A DNA stretch of 64,000 nt from Peptococcia bacterium (GTDB taxonomy: Bacteria > Bacillota > Peptococcia > DRI-13 > DTU073). The DNA is taken from the NCBI GenBank assembly GCA_050951605.1, contig JBMNJJ010000009.1, forward strand, positions 66,361 through 130,360. The letters run 5' to 3'. The stretch's first letter is position 1. The number at the start of each line of letters is the position of its first letter. The notes under the pieces were generated by a model. It was not told where the DNA came from. It saw only the letters and a list, made by a program, of their open reading frames with translations, and made no database searches. Both the position numbers and the translations under genes were made by a program. This document shows, in pieces, positions 1 through 8,636 of this stretch.

Positions 1-34
1 TAAAATATACGAATACTGACAAATAAGTTGGAGT

Positions 35-742
35 TTGATAAAATATAATATAATTGGTGGGGGTGATTTATTGAAAAGTTGTTTTGTTCCTGAAATTCAT
101 GGAAGATTGCGTAAACATATGGTTAGAGTGCCGGAGATTATTAATTCTGTTGGTGGAATTAGAATATTTGGCAAATTGATTAAATCTTTATTATTTAGTA
201 CTGATGTAGCCATTATTAAGAATTGTAATGCTGATGCAGTTATTGCTGTTTACCCTTTCACTCCTCAGCCGATCATTACGCAATCAATCATTAATGCTTC
301 AGGTGTTCCGGTTTTTTGCGGGGTGGGTGGAGGTACTACTACCGGGAATCGTGTAGTAAATTTAGCTGTACATGCTGAACATCAAGGAGCGATGGGTGTG
401 GTGGTAAATGCTCCTACTAAGAATGATATAATTAAAGAATTGTACGAAAAAATTGATATACCGATAATTGTTACTGTTGTTTCTGAAAATGAAGATTTTG
501 AAGAGCGTTTAAACTCCGGAGCTACTATTTTAAATGTATCAGCAGCGGCGAAAACACCTTTAATAGTTAAGCAAATACGTAAAAATCATCCGCAAATACC
601 GATTATTGCAACAGGCGGACCTAATGAAGAGACGATTAAGACAACCATTGAGGCGGGTGCAAATGCGATAACTTATACACCACCTACTTCAGCACAAATA
701 TTTAAAGAAATGATGCAAAATTATCGCCAGCAATTACAATAA
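35..742 (+). CDS. TIM-barrel-like (phosphate-binding barrel) protein, function unknown
   Basis: 235-aa ORF with alternating beta/alpha pattern and Gly-rich loops GVGGGTTTG and ATGGPNEE. The TTG start is uncertain; there is an in-frame ATG at 119. Confidence 0.35.
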   Translation: MIKYNIIGGGDLLKSCFVPEIHGRLRKHMVRVPEIINSVGGIRIFGKLIKSLLFSTDVAIIKNCNADAVIAVYPFTPQPIITQSIINASGVPVFCGVGGGTTTGNRVVNLAVHAEHQGAMGVVVNAPTKNDIIKELYEKIDIPIIVTVVSENEDFEERLNSGATILNVSAAAKTPLIVKQIRKNHPQIPIIATGGPNEETIKTTIEAGANAITYTPPTSAQIFKEMMQNYRQQLQ

Positions 743-878
743 AAAATATTTTTGTTAATTTTAATAAAGAAAAGAATGAGTTGGTTTTGCTTTTTTTCTT
801 AAAATTATGATATAATAGAATTATTAGAGATTAGAAACAAGGTGGGAAATATTTATATGTTTTTTTATATAAATTTAT

Positions 879-1961
879 ATGGAAGGTGAGGTGGTTAATT
901 TGGGAACGGCTCAGGGAAAACAGAATAAAGAGCATTTCAAAGGCTGTTTACTAGGTGGGGCTATTGGTGATGCCTTTGGAAGTCCTGTAGATTTATTGAA
1001 TTATAATGAGATAAAGGAAAAATACGGGAAAAAGGGCATTGTTGATTTAGTTTGTGAGGAAAATGGGAAGGCAAGAATAACTGATGATACTCAACTAACT
1101 TTATTTACAGCTGAAGGATTGTTACGTGCAGAAACAAGAAAAAGAGCGAGAGGAGCTTGTTATCCTCCTTCGATTGTCTATTATGCATATTTACGATGGT
1201 TACATACACAGGGATATCCCCAAAATAAAAATATAGAAAAAATTTATGATGGCTATTTAATTAAAATAAAAGAATTATATGTAAACCGTTCGCCGGGCAA
1301 AACTTGCTTATCAGCTTTAGCCAGTGGAAAACATGGGACTATAGAAGAACATATTAATGATAGTAAAGGTTGTGGAGCTGTGAAGCGCATTGCACCTGTA
1401 GGTCTTTATGTTTCGAGAAAAACTGCGTTCGAATTGGGTAGTGAATGTGCTGCTTTAACTCATGGGCATCCTAGTGGATATTTAGCGGCAGGTGTTCTTG
1501 CTCATATTATAGCGGGGATTATTGAAGGAATGGAAATTGAGGAAACTATTCTTGAAGCAATGGATAAGCTTGTATATTATGACGGGTATGAAGAATGTAA
1601 TAGCAGTATTCATAAAGCAATGAAGTTGGCGAAAAGTGATAAAGAACCCAGAGAAGCGATAGGTCTTATTGGAGAAGGTCGAGTGGCTGAAGAAGCGTTA
1701 GCTGTTGCTATATATTCTGTTTTAAAGTATCCGCATGACTTTAAAAAAGCACTTTATGTAGCGGTTAATCATGATGGAGGTAGTAATAGTATCGGAGCGA
1801 TTACCGGCAATATTCTTGGTGCATATTTAGGCATAAAAGGGATACCTACTGAGTGGGCTAAAAAAGTTGAATTAACTGATGTTATTTTACAGGTAGCAGA
1901 TGACCTTTTTACAGGGTATAAAGGTACACTTGATTGGTGGCGGCGGTATCCCGGATATTAA
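879..1961 (+). CDS. ADP-ribosylglycohydrolase family protein
   Basis: GCLLGGAIGDAFGSPVD near the N-terminus, TDDTQLTLF, and a C-terminal DGGSNSIGAITGNILGA, as expected for the DraG/ARH fold. An alternative TTG start lies at 900. Confidence 0.85.
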   Translation: MEGEVVNLGTAQGKQNKEHFKGCLLGGAIGDAFGSPVDLLNYNEIKEKYGKKGIVDLVCEENGKARITDDTQLTLFTAEGLLRAETRKRARGACYPPSIVYYAYLRWLHTQGYPQNKNIEKIYDGYLIKIKELYVNRSPGKTCLSALASGKHGTIEEHINDSKGCGAVKRIAPVGLYVSRKTAFELGSECAALTHGHPSGYLAAGVLAHIIAGIIEGMEIEETILEAMDKLVYYDGYEECNSSIHKAMKLAKSDKEPREAIGLIGEGRVAEEALAVAIYSVLKYPHDFKKALYVAVNHDGGSNSIGAITGNILGAYLGIKGIPTEWAKKVELTDVILQVADDLFTGYKGTLDWWRRYPGY

Positions 1962-2182
1962 GTGTGTGCAGCGGTAAGGTCTAAAAGTCGTCTTCTTATT
2001 TTGAGGAAGCGGCTTTTGTTTTTTTAAGAGAGAAATAATTTGGTGAAAAGCCTCTGTATTGAGTGGCTATTTTAAAAATATATTGTATACTTTTATAGAA
2101 AATCTGGTGCTTTCATAAATTTTGTTGTATATTATAACAAAGTTATTTTCTCACGAAAGTATAAGATAGACCCTAGTTATAG

Positions 2183-3457
2183 ATGTGTAGTGGGAATGAA
2201 GATGGGGAGGTAATTGTTTTGAGTTTTAATGGAACTGCAGCCTATCAATTAAAGAGAGCTATTGAGTTATTAAAATTAAATGATGAAACAGCGAAAGCCC
2301 TTTTAGAGCCGAGAAGGTCTTTAGAGGTGACTTTTTCTGTGAGAATGGATGATGGAAGCGTTAGAGTATTTAAAGGTTATCGAGTACAGCATACTGATGT
2401 CATGGGACCCGCTAAAGGTGGTATACGTTTTCATCCTAATGTAGATTTAGACGAAGTTAAGGCATTGGCAACTTTAATGAGTATTAAATGTTCAGTAATC
2501 GGCTTGCCTTATGGTGGAGGCAAAGGTGGCGTTACAGTTAATACGAAAGAGTTATCAGAAGGCGAATTAGAGAGAGTAAGTAGGGGCTATGTACGCGCTA
2601 TTGCTCAATTTGTTTCTTCGGATAAAGATGTTCCGGCACCGGATATGTATACGAATGCTAAAATTATGGCGTGGATGGTAGATGAGTTTTCTACGATTAA
2701 ACAATGTAATGATTTCGGTTTTATCACTGGGAAACCATTAAGCATAGGTGGTTCTGTGGGAAGAAATGCGGCTACGGCCCGCGGAGGTTTTTTTGTAACT
2801 AAAGCAGCTTGTGAAAAAGAAGGTTTTTCTTTAAAAAAAGCGAGAATAGCTATTCACGGCTTTGGTAATGTGGGTGGTAATGCGGCGAGAATTTTTGCAG
2901 CAGAAGGTAGTAAAGTTGTGGCGATTGCTGATTCGAAAACGGCTATTTATGATGCGCAAGGAATTGATGTGGAATTAGCGCATAAAATTAAAGCGGAAAC
3001 GGGTACTTTAGAAGATTATCTCAAGGGACAAAAGATAGCTCCCGATGAATTGTTTAAGTGTGAATGTGATATTTTAGTTCCGGCTTCGATGGAAGAAGTA
3101 CTGACCAAGGATAATGCTCATTTAGTTAAGGCGAAGTTAATTGCCGAGTTAGCTAATGGTCCAACGACACCAGAAGCAGATGAAATATTAGCTGAAAAGG
3201 GAGTAACAATCTTACCTGATATTTTGACTAATGCTGGCGGGGTTACGGTAAGTTATTTTGAATGGATTCAAAATAGGATGGGCTATTACTGGACTGCGGA
3301 AGAAGTTGAAGAAAAGTTGGAAAAGTTAATGTATAAAGCATATGAAGATATTTATAAATTCAAACGGGAAAATAATTGTCAGGATTATCGTTTAGCTGCT
3401 TTTGCTATTGCTACAAAGAGAATTGTTCAGGCCATGAGAGACCGGGGCTGGATTTAA
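2183..3457 (+). CDS. Glutamate dehydrogenase (Glu/Leu/Phe/Val dehydrogenase family)
   Basis: Motifs GPAKGGIRFHP, GLPYGGGKGG and the NAD-binding GFGNVGG. The likely true start is TTG 2219, behind the GGGGAGG RBS. Confidence 0.93.
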   Translation: MCSGNEDGEVIVLSFNGTAAYQLKRAIELLKLNDETAKALLEPRRSLEVTFSVRMDDGSVRVFKGYRVQHTDVMGPAKGGIRFHPNVDLDEVKALATLMSIKCSVIGLPYGGGKGGVTVNTKELSEGELERVSRGYVRAIAQFVSSDKDVPAPDMYTNAKIMAWMVDEFSTIKQCNDFGFITGKPLSIGGSVGRNAATARGGFFVTKAACEKEGFSLKKARIAIHGFGNVGGNAARIFAAEGSKVVAIADSKTAIYDAQGIDVELAHKIKAETGTLEDYLKGQKIAPDELFKCECDILVPASMEEVLTKDNAHLVKAKLIAELANGPTTPEADEILAEKGVTILPDILTNAGGVTVSYFEWIQNRMGYYWTAEEVEEKLEKLMYKAYEDIYKFKRENNCQDYRLAAFAIATKRIVQAMRDRGWI

Positions 3458-3480
3458 GCAAAAATTTTGAGGCAAATGAA

Positions 3481-3526
3481 AAACCTTTATGTAGACACAT
3501 TCTTTAAAAGTGTTGCATAAAGGTTT
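3481..3526 (+). terminator. Rho-independent terminator after gdh
   Basis: aaacctttatg ... cataaaggttt stem followed by a T-run. Confidence 0.75.
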
Positions 3527-3610
3527 TTTTGTTTACGTTTTTTAAGTGAAATTAGCATAAATTAAAGAGAAGGAGGGTAACCTAATTTTTGAAAAATTTA
3601 TCTAGGAGGC

Positions 3611-3853
3611 ATGATCTTTGTGAGTCTTATACCTTGGAATCCTTTTAAAGATATGGATAACATTGGCAGGGAAATGAGCAGTTTTTTTGAGAATTCCCCC
3701 TTTGCTTTTTTGGGGCGGGCTACTTCACCGCGTGTTGATGTTTATCAGACAGAGACAGATGTAATTGTCAAAGTAGAAATACCCGGCGTCTCGAAAGAAG
3801 ACTTAAATGTCTATATTGATGAAAATTCAATCAGACTTTCCGGGCAAACCATA
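3611..3853 (+). pseudogene. Truncated small heat-shock protein (Hsp20/alpha-crystallin), 5' part only
   Basis: SLIPWNPFKDMD...VDVYQTETDVIVKVEIPGVSKEDLNVYIDENSIRLSGQT is a typical Hsp20 N-terminus and first half of the ACD. Family-like sequence stops near 3850, and the rest of ORF 3611..3997 is out-of-frame histidine kinase sequence. Confidence 0.75.
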
Positions 3854-3975
3854 TCGTTAATCTTTATAAAGGCACGATTGAAGTTAACAGTGAACCCGGT
3901 CAGGGAACGGAATTTATCATCAGTTGGCCTGTTGCAGAGCGATTACCATCTTGTGAAGAATTTAATAATGTATAA
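3853..3975 (+). pseudogene. 3'-terminal remnant of a sensor histidine kinase gene (HATPase_c tail)
   Basis: The frame at 3853 reads IVNLYKGTIEVNSEPGQGTEFIISWPVAERLPSCEEFNNV*, the classic G2-box/C-terminal end of a histidine kinase. This frame is closed by TGA at 3820 and has no start or upstream domains. Confidence 0.75.
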
Positions 3976-3979
3976 AATA

Positions 3980-4014
3980 AAGGGAAGTCCCGAATAATAC
4001 TCGGAGCTTCCCTT
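3980..4014 (+). terminator. Hairpin after the kinase remnant
   Basis: aagggaagtcccga / tcggagcttccctt imperfect stem with a short T tract. Confidence 0.5.
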
Positions 4015-4090
4015 TGCTGACCGGAGATATTGTGTTTGAAGTAAAGATTGTTCAATTATTTAAGAACTGGGGGGAAATAAAAGGGTCATT

Positions 4091-4831
4091 TTATTCTTCG
4101 ATAATCTTTCCTGTGGTGCTGATAGTAACAATTTGCCAAGGAATCATTTTCCCGCTAGTCAGTAAAGCTTTTTGGACTGCTTTGACTAATCCACCACAGC
4201 AGGGTACTTCCATTCTGAGAATAGTGATACTTTTAATTTCATGAACGTTTAGTATGGCAGTGAGTTTTTCGCTATAATCAGTATTATCAAGCTTCGGACA
4301 GCCAATGAGTGTGATTTTATTACGCATGAAATCTTGATGAAGGTTAGTATAAGCATAGGCGGTACAGTCAGCGGCTATCAGCAAGTGAGCATTATTCAAG
4401 TAAGGAGCATTAATTGGTACAAGTTTAATCTGGCAAGGCCATTGCTGAAGCTGAGACTCGTTTTGCAATTCAATTGAGGGAGTAATGTTTGTAGGAGCAT
4501 TCTCTCTTTTTAAGATTTTGGTCTGCGTGCCCGGACAGCCACAAGGCAATTTTTCTTCTTTGTCGTGAGCAGTTGATTCTTTTAATGTTTTCTTGGCGAC
4601 ATGTGCTTTGACAGCTTCTTCATCATAAGGTGCTGCTTCACGTTCCTCAATGGTAATAGCTCCGGTAGGACATTCTGGGAGACAGTCGCCTAACCCGTCA
4701 CAGTATGCTTCAGAGACTAGTTTAGCTTTACCGTCGATGAGTTGGAGAGCACCTTCGTGGCAAGCTTCTACACATAGGCCACAACCATTACATTTTTTCT
4801 CGTCAATTGTTATAATCTTTCTTTTCATCAT
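4091..4831 (-). CDS. 2x[4Fe-4S] ferredoxin-domain protein with Cys-rich C-terminal domain
   Basis: CNGCGLCVEACHEGA and CDGLGDCLPECPTGA cluster motifs; the C-terminal region carries CGCPG, IGCPKLD and VPCCGG. Confidence 0.75.
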   Translation of the reverse strand: MMKRKIITIDEKKCNGCGLCVEACHEGALQLIDGKAKLVSEAYCDGLGDCLPECPTGAITIEEREAAPYDEEAVKAHVAKKTLKESTAHDKEEKLPCGCPGTQTKILKRENAPTNITPSIELQNESQLQQWPCQIKLVPINAPYLNNAHLLIAADCTAYAYTNLHQDFMRNKITLIGCPKLDNTDYSEKLTAILNVHEIKSITILRMEVPCCGGLVKAVQKALLTSGKMIPWQIVTISTTGKIIEE

Positions 4832-4944
4832 CTTGAACCTCCTCCTTGTAAATTTATTTTTAATTCTGCAGCCCTTAAATTAAAAGGTGTGCAGCAGTCT
4901 TTTTTCTTGTCTTTGTACATTGAGTATATTAGAATAAATCTAGT

Positions 4945-4970
4945 AAGTCGGTAGCCGTAGTTACCAAGGG
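4945..4970 (-). promoter_or_regulatory. Conserved box 1: GGTAGC-N4-GTTACC imperfect palindrome (candidate Crp/Fnr-family site) with TATACT -10
   Basis: aagtcgGTAGCcgtaGTTACcaaggg is 22/26 identical to 6055..6080. The palindrome centre (4957.5) lies 32 bp from the centre of the minus-strand TATACT (4923..4928), which is class II (-41.5) geometry. Confidence 0.55.
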
Positions 4971-5001
4971 GGATTATTTTTAATAAAAGGGGAATTTAAA
5001 A

Positions 5002-5400
5002 ATGAGATGCAAAGTTGCTTTTGTTTGCACGGGTAATGCTTGTCGCAGTCAAATTGCGGAAGGATGGACCAAAGAGTTGGGGAGAGATATTTGGGAGGTT
5101 TATAGTGCAGGTACTCATCCTACAAGAGAAGTTAACCCTAAAGCCGTAGCAGTGATGAAAGAAGTGGGCGTAGATATTAGCGGTCAGTATTCGAAAACTT
5201 TAGAAGATATTCCTTCTGAACTTGATATCTTAATCACAATGGGTTGTGGGGTTAATTGTCCTTTTGTTCCTAATCGGCACCAAGAAGATTGGGGAATTGC
5301 CGACCCTGTCGGGAAGCCGCTAGAAGAATTTCGGAAAGTAAGAGACGAAATAAAGCGAAAAGTTCTGGAATTAAGAAATAAATATCTTAAAAATGAATAG
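5002..5400 (+). CDS. arsC: Arsenate reductase, LMW-PTPase/thioredoxin-coupled type
   Basis: VAFVCTGNACRSQIAEGW P-loop with catalytic Cys, plus the downstream MGCGVNCP cysteines; 132 aa. Confidence 0.85.
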   Translation: MRCKVAFVCTGNACRSQIAEGWTKELGRDIWEVYSAGTHPTREVNPKAVAVMKEVGVDISGQYSKTLEDIPSELDILITMGCGVNCPFVPNRHQEDWGIADPVGKPLEEFRKVRDEIKRKVLELRNKYLKNE

Positions 5401-5995
5401 CGTCTTTAGGGCAATGTTGGCTACAGTTAAGACATTGTAGGCATAATTCTTTGTCAATCTGAAAAGTAGGTTCTTTTTTAATGGCTTCTCCGGGACAGAT
5501 TTGGGCACACAAGCCACATTGGAGACAGTTAGGAGAATCAATTTTAAGGTAGTGCCGTGGCTTTCTGCTGATTAGGGTGAGGATAGTACCAAAGGGGCAA
5601 AGATAGCGATGCCAGAGAGTTTCTGAAAAAAAGAGAGTTAGAATTGCCCCACTTATAAACAAAAGGGGTAGAAGAGGTAGTTGTTTACCACTAATTTTAA
5701 TGAAAAGAAATGCTACGATAAATATTGCTAAGATTAGACAGCGGGTTAGTGGCTTTTTAATAAAAGCAGGGATGGAAAGATTTTTGCTCCCTATTATTTT
5801 CTTTGTTTTGGTGATGACTTGCATCATTGTATTAATAGGGCAAATCCAGCCACAGTAAAAACGGCCAAGAAAAAGAGCGAGAAAGGCATTTCCTAGAAAG
5901 ATAACCATCCATATTTGAATTTTCCCCGTAAAGAATAGGAAAAGAAAGAAGAAGAAAAAGATAGCTTGAACTATTTTTCGCCACGCAGTATTCAT
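5387..5995 (-). CDS. Membrane-bound 4Fe-4S binding protein (NapH/MauN-like)
   Basis: Several TM helices, GRFYCGWICP and WHRYLCPFG motifs, and a C-terminal CLQCGLCAQICP / CLQCLNCSQHCP ferredoxin domain. Confidence 0.75.
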   Translation of the reverse strand: MNTAWRKIVQAIFFFFFLFLFFTGKIQIWMVIFLGNAFLALFLGRFYCGWICPINTMMQVITKTKKIIGSKNLSIPAFIKKPLTRCLILAIFIVAFLFIKISGKQLPLLPLLFISGAILTLFFSETLWHRYLCPFGTILTLISRKPRHYLKIDSPNCLQCGLCAQICPGEAIKKEPTFQIDKELCLQCLNCSQHCPKDAIHF

Positions 5996-6054
5996 GTTCT
6001 ACCTCCTGTACTTTTCTTGTTTTGGTATGTTAAGTATAATAGAGTGAATTCAAC

Positions 6055-6080
6055 AAGTCGGTAGCTGGGGTTACCAAGGG
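6055..6080 (-). promoter_or_regulatory. Conserved box 2: GGTAGC-N4-GTTACC (candidate Crp/Fnr-family site) with TATACT -10
   Basis: aagtcgGTAGCtgggGTTACcaaggg. The centre at 6067.5 lies 32 bp from the minus-strand TATACT (6033..6038). About 50 nt of flanking sequence is also similar to 4921..4970. Confidence 0.55.
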
Positions 6081-6141
6081 AAAAGACTTTTGGCAGAATA
6101 AGTAAATATAATAATAAATTTTGGGGAAAGGAAGTTATTTC

Positions 6142-6838
6142 ATGGCTCAACAGTGGCTAAAAACTCTAGAGAAATGTCCTCTTTTTCAAAAAATAACTGT
6201 GGAAGAATTATCTTGCGTTTTAGATTGCCTTCAACCTAAAATAAAAAGTTATAAAAAAAGAGACATTTGTATAACTCTAGAAGGGAAGGAGTTTTCCGGA
6301 GTAGGTGTAGTTTTAAGCGGAGAAGTTGCCGTTACTAAGGAGAACGCCGAAGGTAATCGGGTGATGATGACTAAATTAGGCGCCGGTGGGCTGTTTGGGG
6401 AAATTGCTGGCTTTTTCCGGAAAGCGTATTTGGCCGGCTACGGTAGTTACGCTAGGCTCTTGTCAGGTAATGTTTATCCCGATTAATAAGATTGTTGATA
6501 GTTGTACCAACCGTTGTCCTAGTCATAGGCAATTGATTCTCAATCTGTTGCAGATTGTTTCTAATAGGGCTTTGCTGTTGAATCGAAAAGTGGACTATTT
6601 AACAATTAAGAGTATGCGCGGGAAAATTAGTACTTTTTTATTAGAAAAATATAAAAAAGCCGGGCAAAAGAAATTTAAATTATCTTTAACCCGGCAAGAG
6701 TTAGCTGATTTTTTGAATGTATCGCGTCCCTCTCTTTCGCGGGAGATGTGTCGGATGCGCGATGAAGGGATAATTGAATTTAAGCGAGAATTAATAGAAA
6801 TAAAAGACCTTGCAGTTTTAAAAAGAGCGACAGATTAA
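6142..6838 (+). pseudogene. Crp/Fnr family transcriptional regulator, interrupted by a +1 frameshift
   Basis: N-terminal cNMP-binding-like domain (ORF 6121..6486) and C-terminal HTH (TRQELADFLNVSRPSLSREMCRMRDEGII, ORF 6386..6838). Deleting one T from the T5 run at 6412..6416 joins ...GLFGEIAGFSGKRIWPATVV... Confidence 0.8.
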
Positions 6839-6863
6839 AATTATTATTAGGTTTTATGTGAAA

Positions 6864-6890
6864 AAGACAAGGAATCCAACTCCTTGTCTT
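6864..6890. terminator. Bidirectional terminator between crp-like and hyd genes
   Basis: aagacaagga / tccttgtctt perfect 10-bp stem flanked by A- and T-runs. Confidence 0.75.
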
Positions 6891-6912
6891 TTATAATAGG
6901 TAAAACAATCAC

Positions 6913-7170
6913 CTATTTCCCTTGATTTTTCTTTGCCAGAACTGTTTTTGCTGTTACGCCGGTGAGATTACCTAGTTTACCCGAGAGAGCGCCAATTTCG
7001 TCGGTTGTGCCATCAACAATAATCGAGATGACATTGATGTGCTTTTCTTTGTAGGGAATCCCCATCCTGCCGATAATGATGGAAGCATAGTCACTTAAAA
7101 TGGAGTTGGCTTTAGGTACGCTTTCTCGATCTTCAATAATAATTGCTAGTATGCCAATTCTTTTTTCCAT
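6913..7170 (-). CDS. TM1266-family putative [FeFe]-hydrogenase system regulator (ACT-like)
   Basis: 85-aa protein (ILAIIIEDRESV...IIGRMGIPY...ISIIVDGTTDEIGALSGKLG) immediately downstream of hydE-hydG, the arrangement known from Thermotoga. Confidence 0.7.
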   Translation of the reverse strand: MEKRIGILAIIIEDRESVPKANSILSDYASIIIGRMGIPYKEKHINVISIIVDGTTDEIGALSGKLGNLTGVTAKTVLAKKNQGK

Positions 7171-7187
7171 TTATCTTCTCTCCTTTT

Positions 7188-8612
7188 TTAAAAGTAAAAG
7201 TCTCTTTCGCCGTTCTCCAGTCTCTGGAGATATTTTTTTGTCTCTTCTCGGGTAGCTTCTTTAGGTATGCTTTGCAGAGCTTGGGCGATTGTTTGGGCGC
7301 CGATTTCTTTGAGTTCATCGTCTGCATAGTCGAGAAGGAATTCTTTAAAGGTTAGGATGGCATTGGGGAGGCAAACATTATGAATCTCTCCGGCTTTAGC
7401 TAGGGGCATAAATCTTTCGCCTGTGCGACCTTGACGGTAGCAGGCCGTACAGTAACTAGGAATATAGCCTGAATTACAAAGCCCTTTTAATATTTCCATA
7501 GGTGAACGATGGTCTCCTACTTCAAATTGGGGGGTGTCTTGGGGAGTGTCACTTTCGTATTCTTCTTTGTAACCGCCTACACCTGTGCAAGAACCAGCAC
7601 TAACTTGAGAAATTCCCAGGGCAATTATTTCATCCCTAAATTGTGATTCTTCCCTTGTGGAAATGATCATTCCGGTGTAGGGAACGGTTAGTCTCAAGAT
7701 CGCTACAATTTTCTTAAAGTCAGCATCGGTAACAAGATGGGGGAAAGTTTGTAGATTAATGCTGGAGGCGGCTCTTAATCTGGGTACGGAAATGGTGTGT
7801 GGACCTACTCCATAAACACTATCTAGGTGTTCGGCATGCATAATCATGGCAATGGTATCGTATTTATGGTCATAAAGTCCATAAAGAACACCAATACCGA
7901 CATCATCAATCCCGGCTTGTAGAGCTCTGTCCATGGCGGTAGTATGCCATTCGTAGTTGTGTTTAGGACCTTGAGGATGAAGTCTTTCATAAGTGGGTTG
8001 ATGATATGTTTCTTGAAAAAGAACATAAGTCCCTATTTCCGCTGCTTTTAGTTTACGATAATTTTCTACAGTAGTAGCGGCAATATTAACGTTGATTCTG
8101 CGAATAGAGCCATTATCAAATTTTAAGGAATAGATTGTTTTGATACATTCGATGATGTAGTCGAGAGGACAATTAAGGTCATCTTCACCTGCTTCGAGAG
8201 CCAACCTTTTATGACCTAGGGATTCGAGGATACGTACTTCATCTTTTAATTCTTCCATTGTTAATTTTTTTCTGACAAGGTTTTTATTACTGCGATGATA
8301 ACCACAATAAGCACAATTGTTAACACAGTAGTTACTTACATAGAGAGGAGCAAAAAGGACGATCCGCTTGCCATAGATTTTTTCTTTAATATATTTTGCT
8401 GTTTTAAACATTTCTTGCAGTATTTCTTTATCGGTAATGTGAAGAAGTACAGCTGCTTCTCTGTGAGTGAGTCCTTTCGCTTTTTTGGCCTTAGCTAATA
8501 GTTCTTGCACATATGTTTTATCTTGTGCCTTTTCTTTACCAAATTCGAGAGATGCTAGGATTTCCGCATCATTAATAAATTCCGCAGCTTTGTAATTTTT
8601 AAATTCTTTCAT
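7188..8612 (-). CDS. hydG: [FeFe]-hydrogenase maturase HydG (radical SAM tyrosine lyase)
   Basis: 474 aa; radical SAM CVNNCAYCGY; ThiH-like core; C-terminal auxiliary-cluster motif CTACYRQGRTGERF. Confidence 0.92.
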   Translation of the reverse strand: MKEFKNYKAAEFINDAEILASLEFGKEKAQDKTYVQELLAKAKKAKGLTHREAAVLLHITDKEILQEMFKTAKYIKEKIYGKRIVLFAPLYVSNYCVNNCAYCGYHRSNKNLVRKKLTMEELKDEVRILESLGHKRLALEAGEDDLNCPLDYIIECIKTIYSLKFDNGSIRRINVNIAATTVENYRKLKAAEIGTYVLFQETYHQPTYERLHPQGPKHNYEWHTTAMDRALQAGIDDVGIGVLYGLYDHKYDTIAMIMHAEHLDSVYGVGPHTISVPRLRAASSINLQTFPHLVTDADFKKIVAILRLTVPYTGMIISTREESQFRDEIIALGISQVSAGSCTGVGGYKEEYESDTPQDTPQFEVGDHRSPMEILKGLCNSGYIPSYCTACYRQGRTGERFMPLAKAGEIHNVCLPNAILTFKEFLLDYADDELKEIGAQTIAQALQSIPKEATREETKKYLQRLENGERDFYF

Positions 8613-8636
8613 AGTTAATTAGCCTCCTCATATTTT

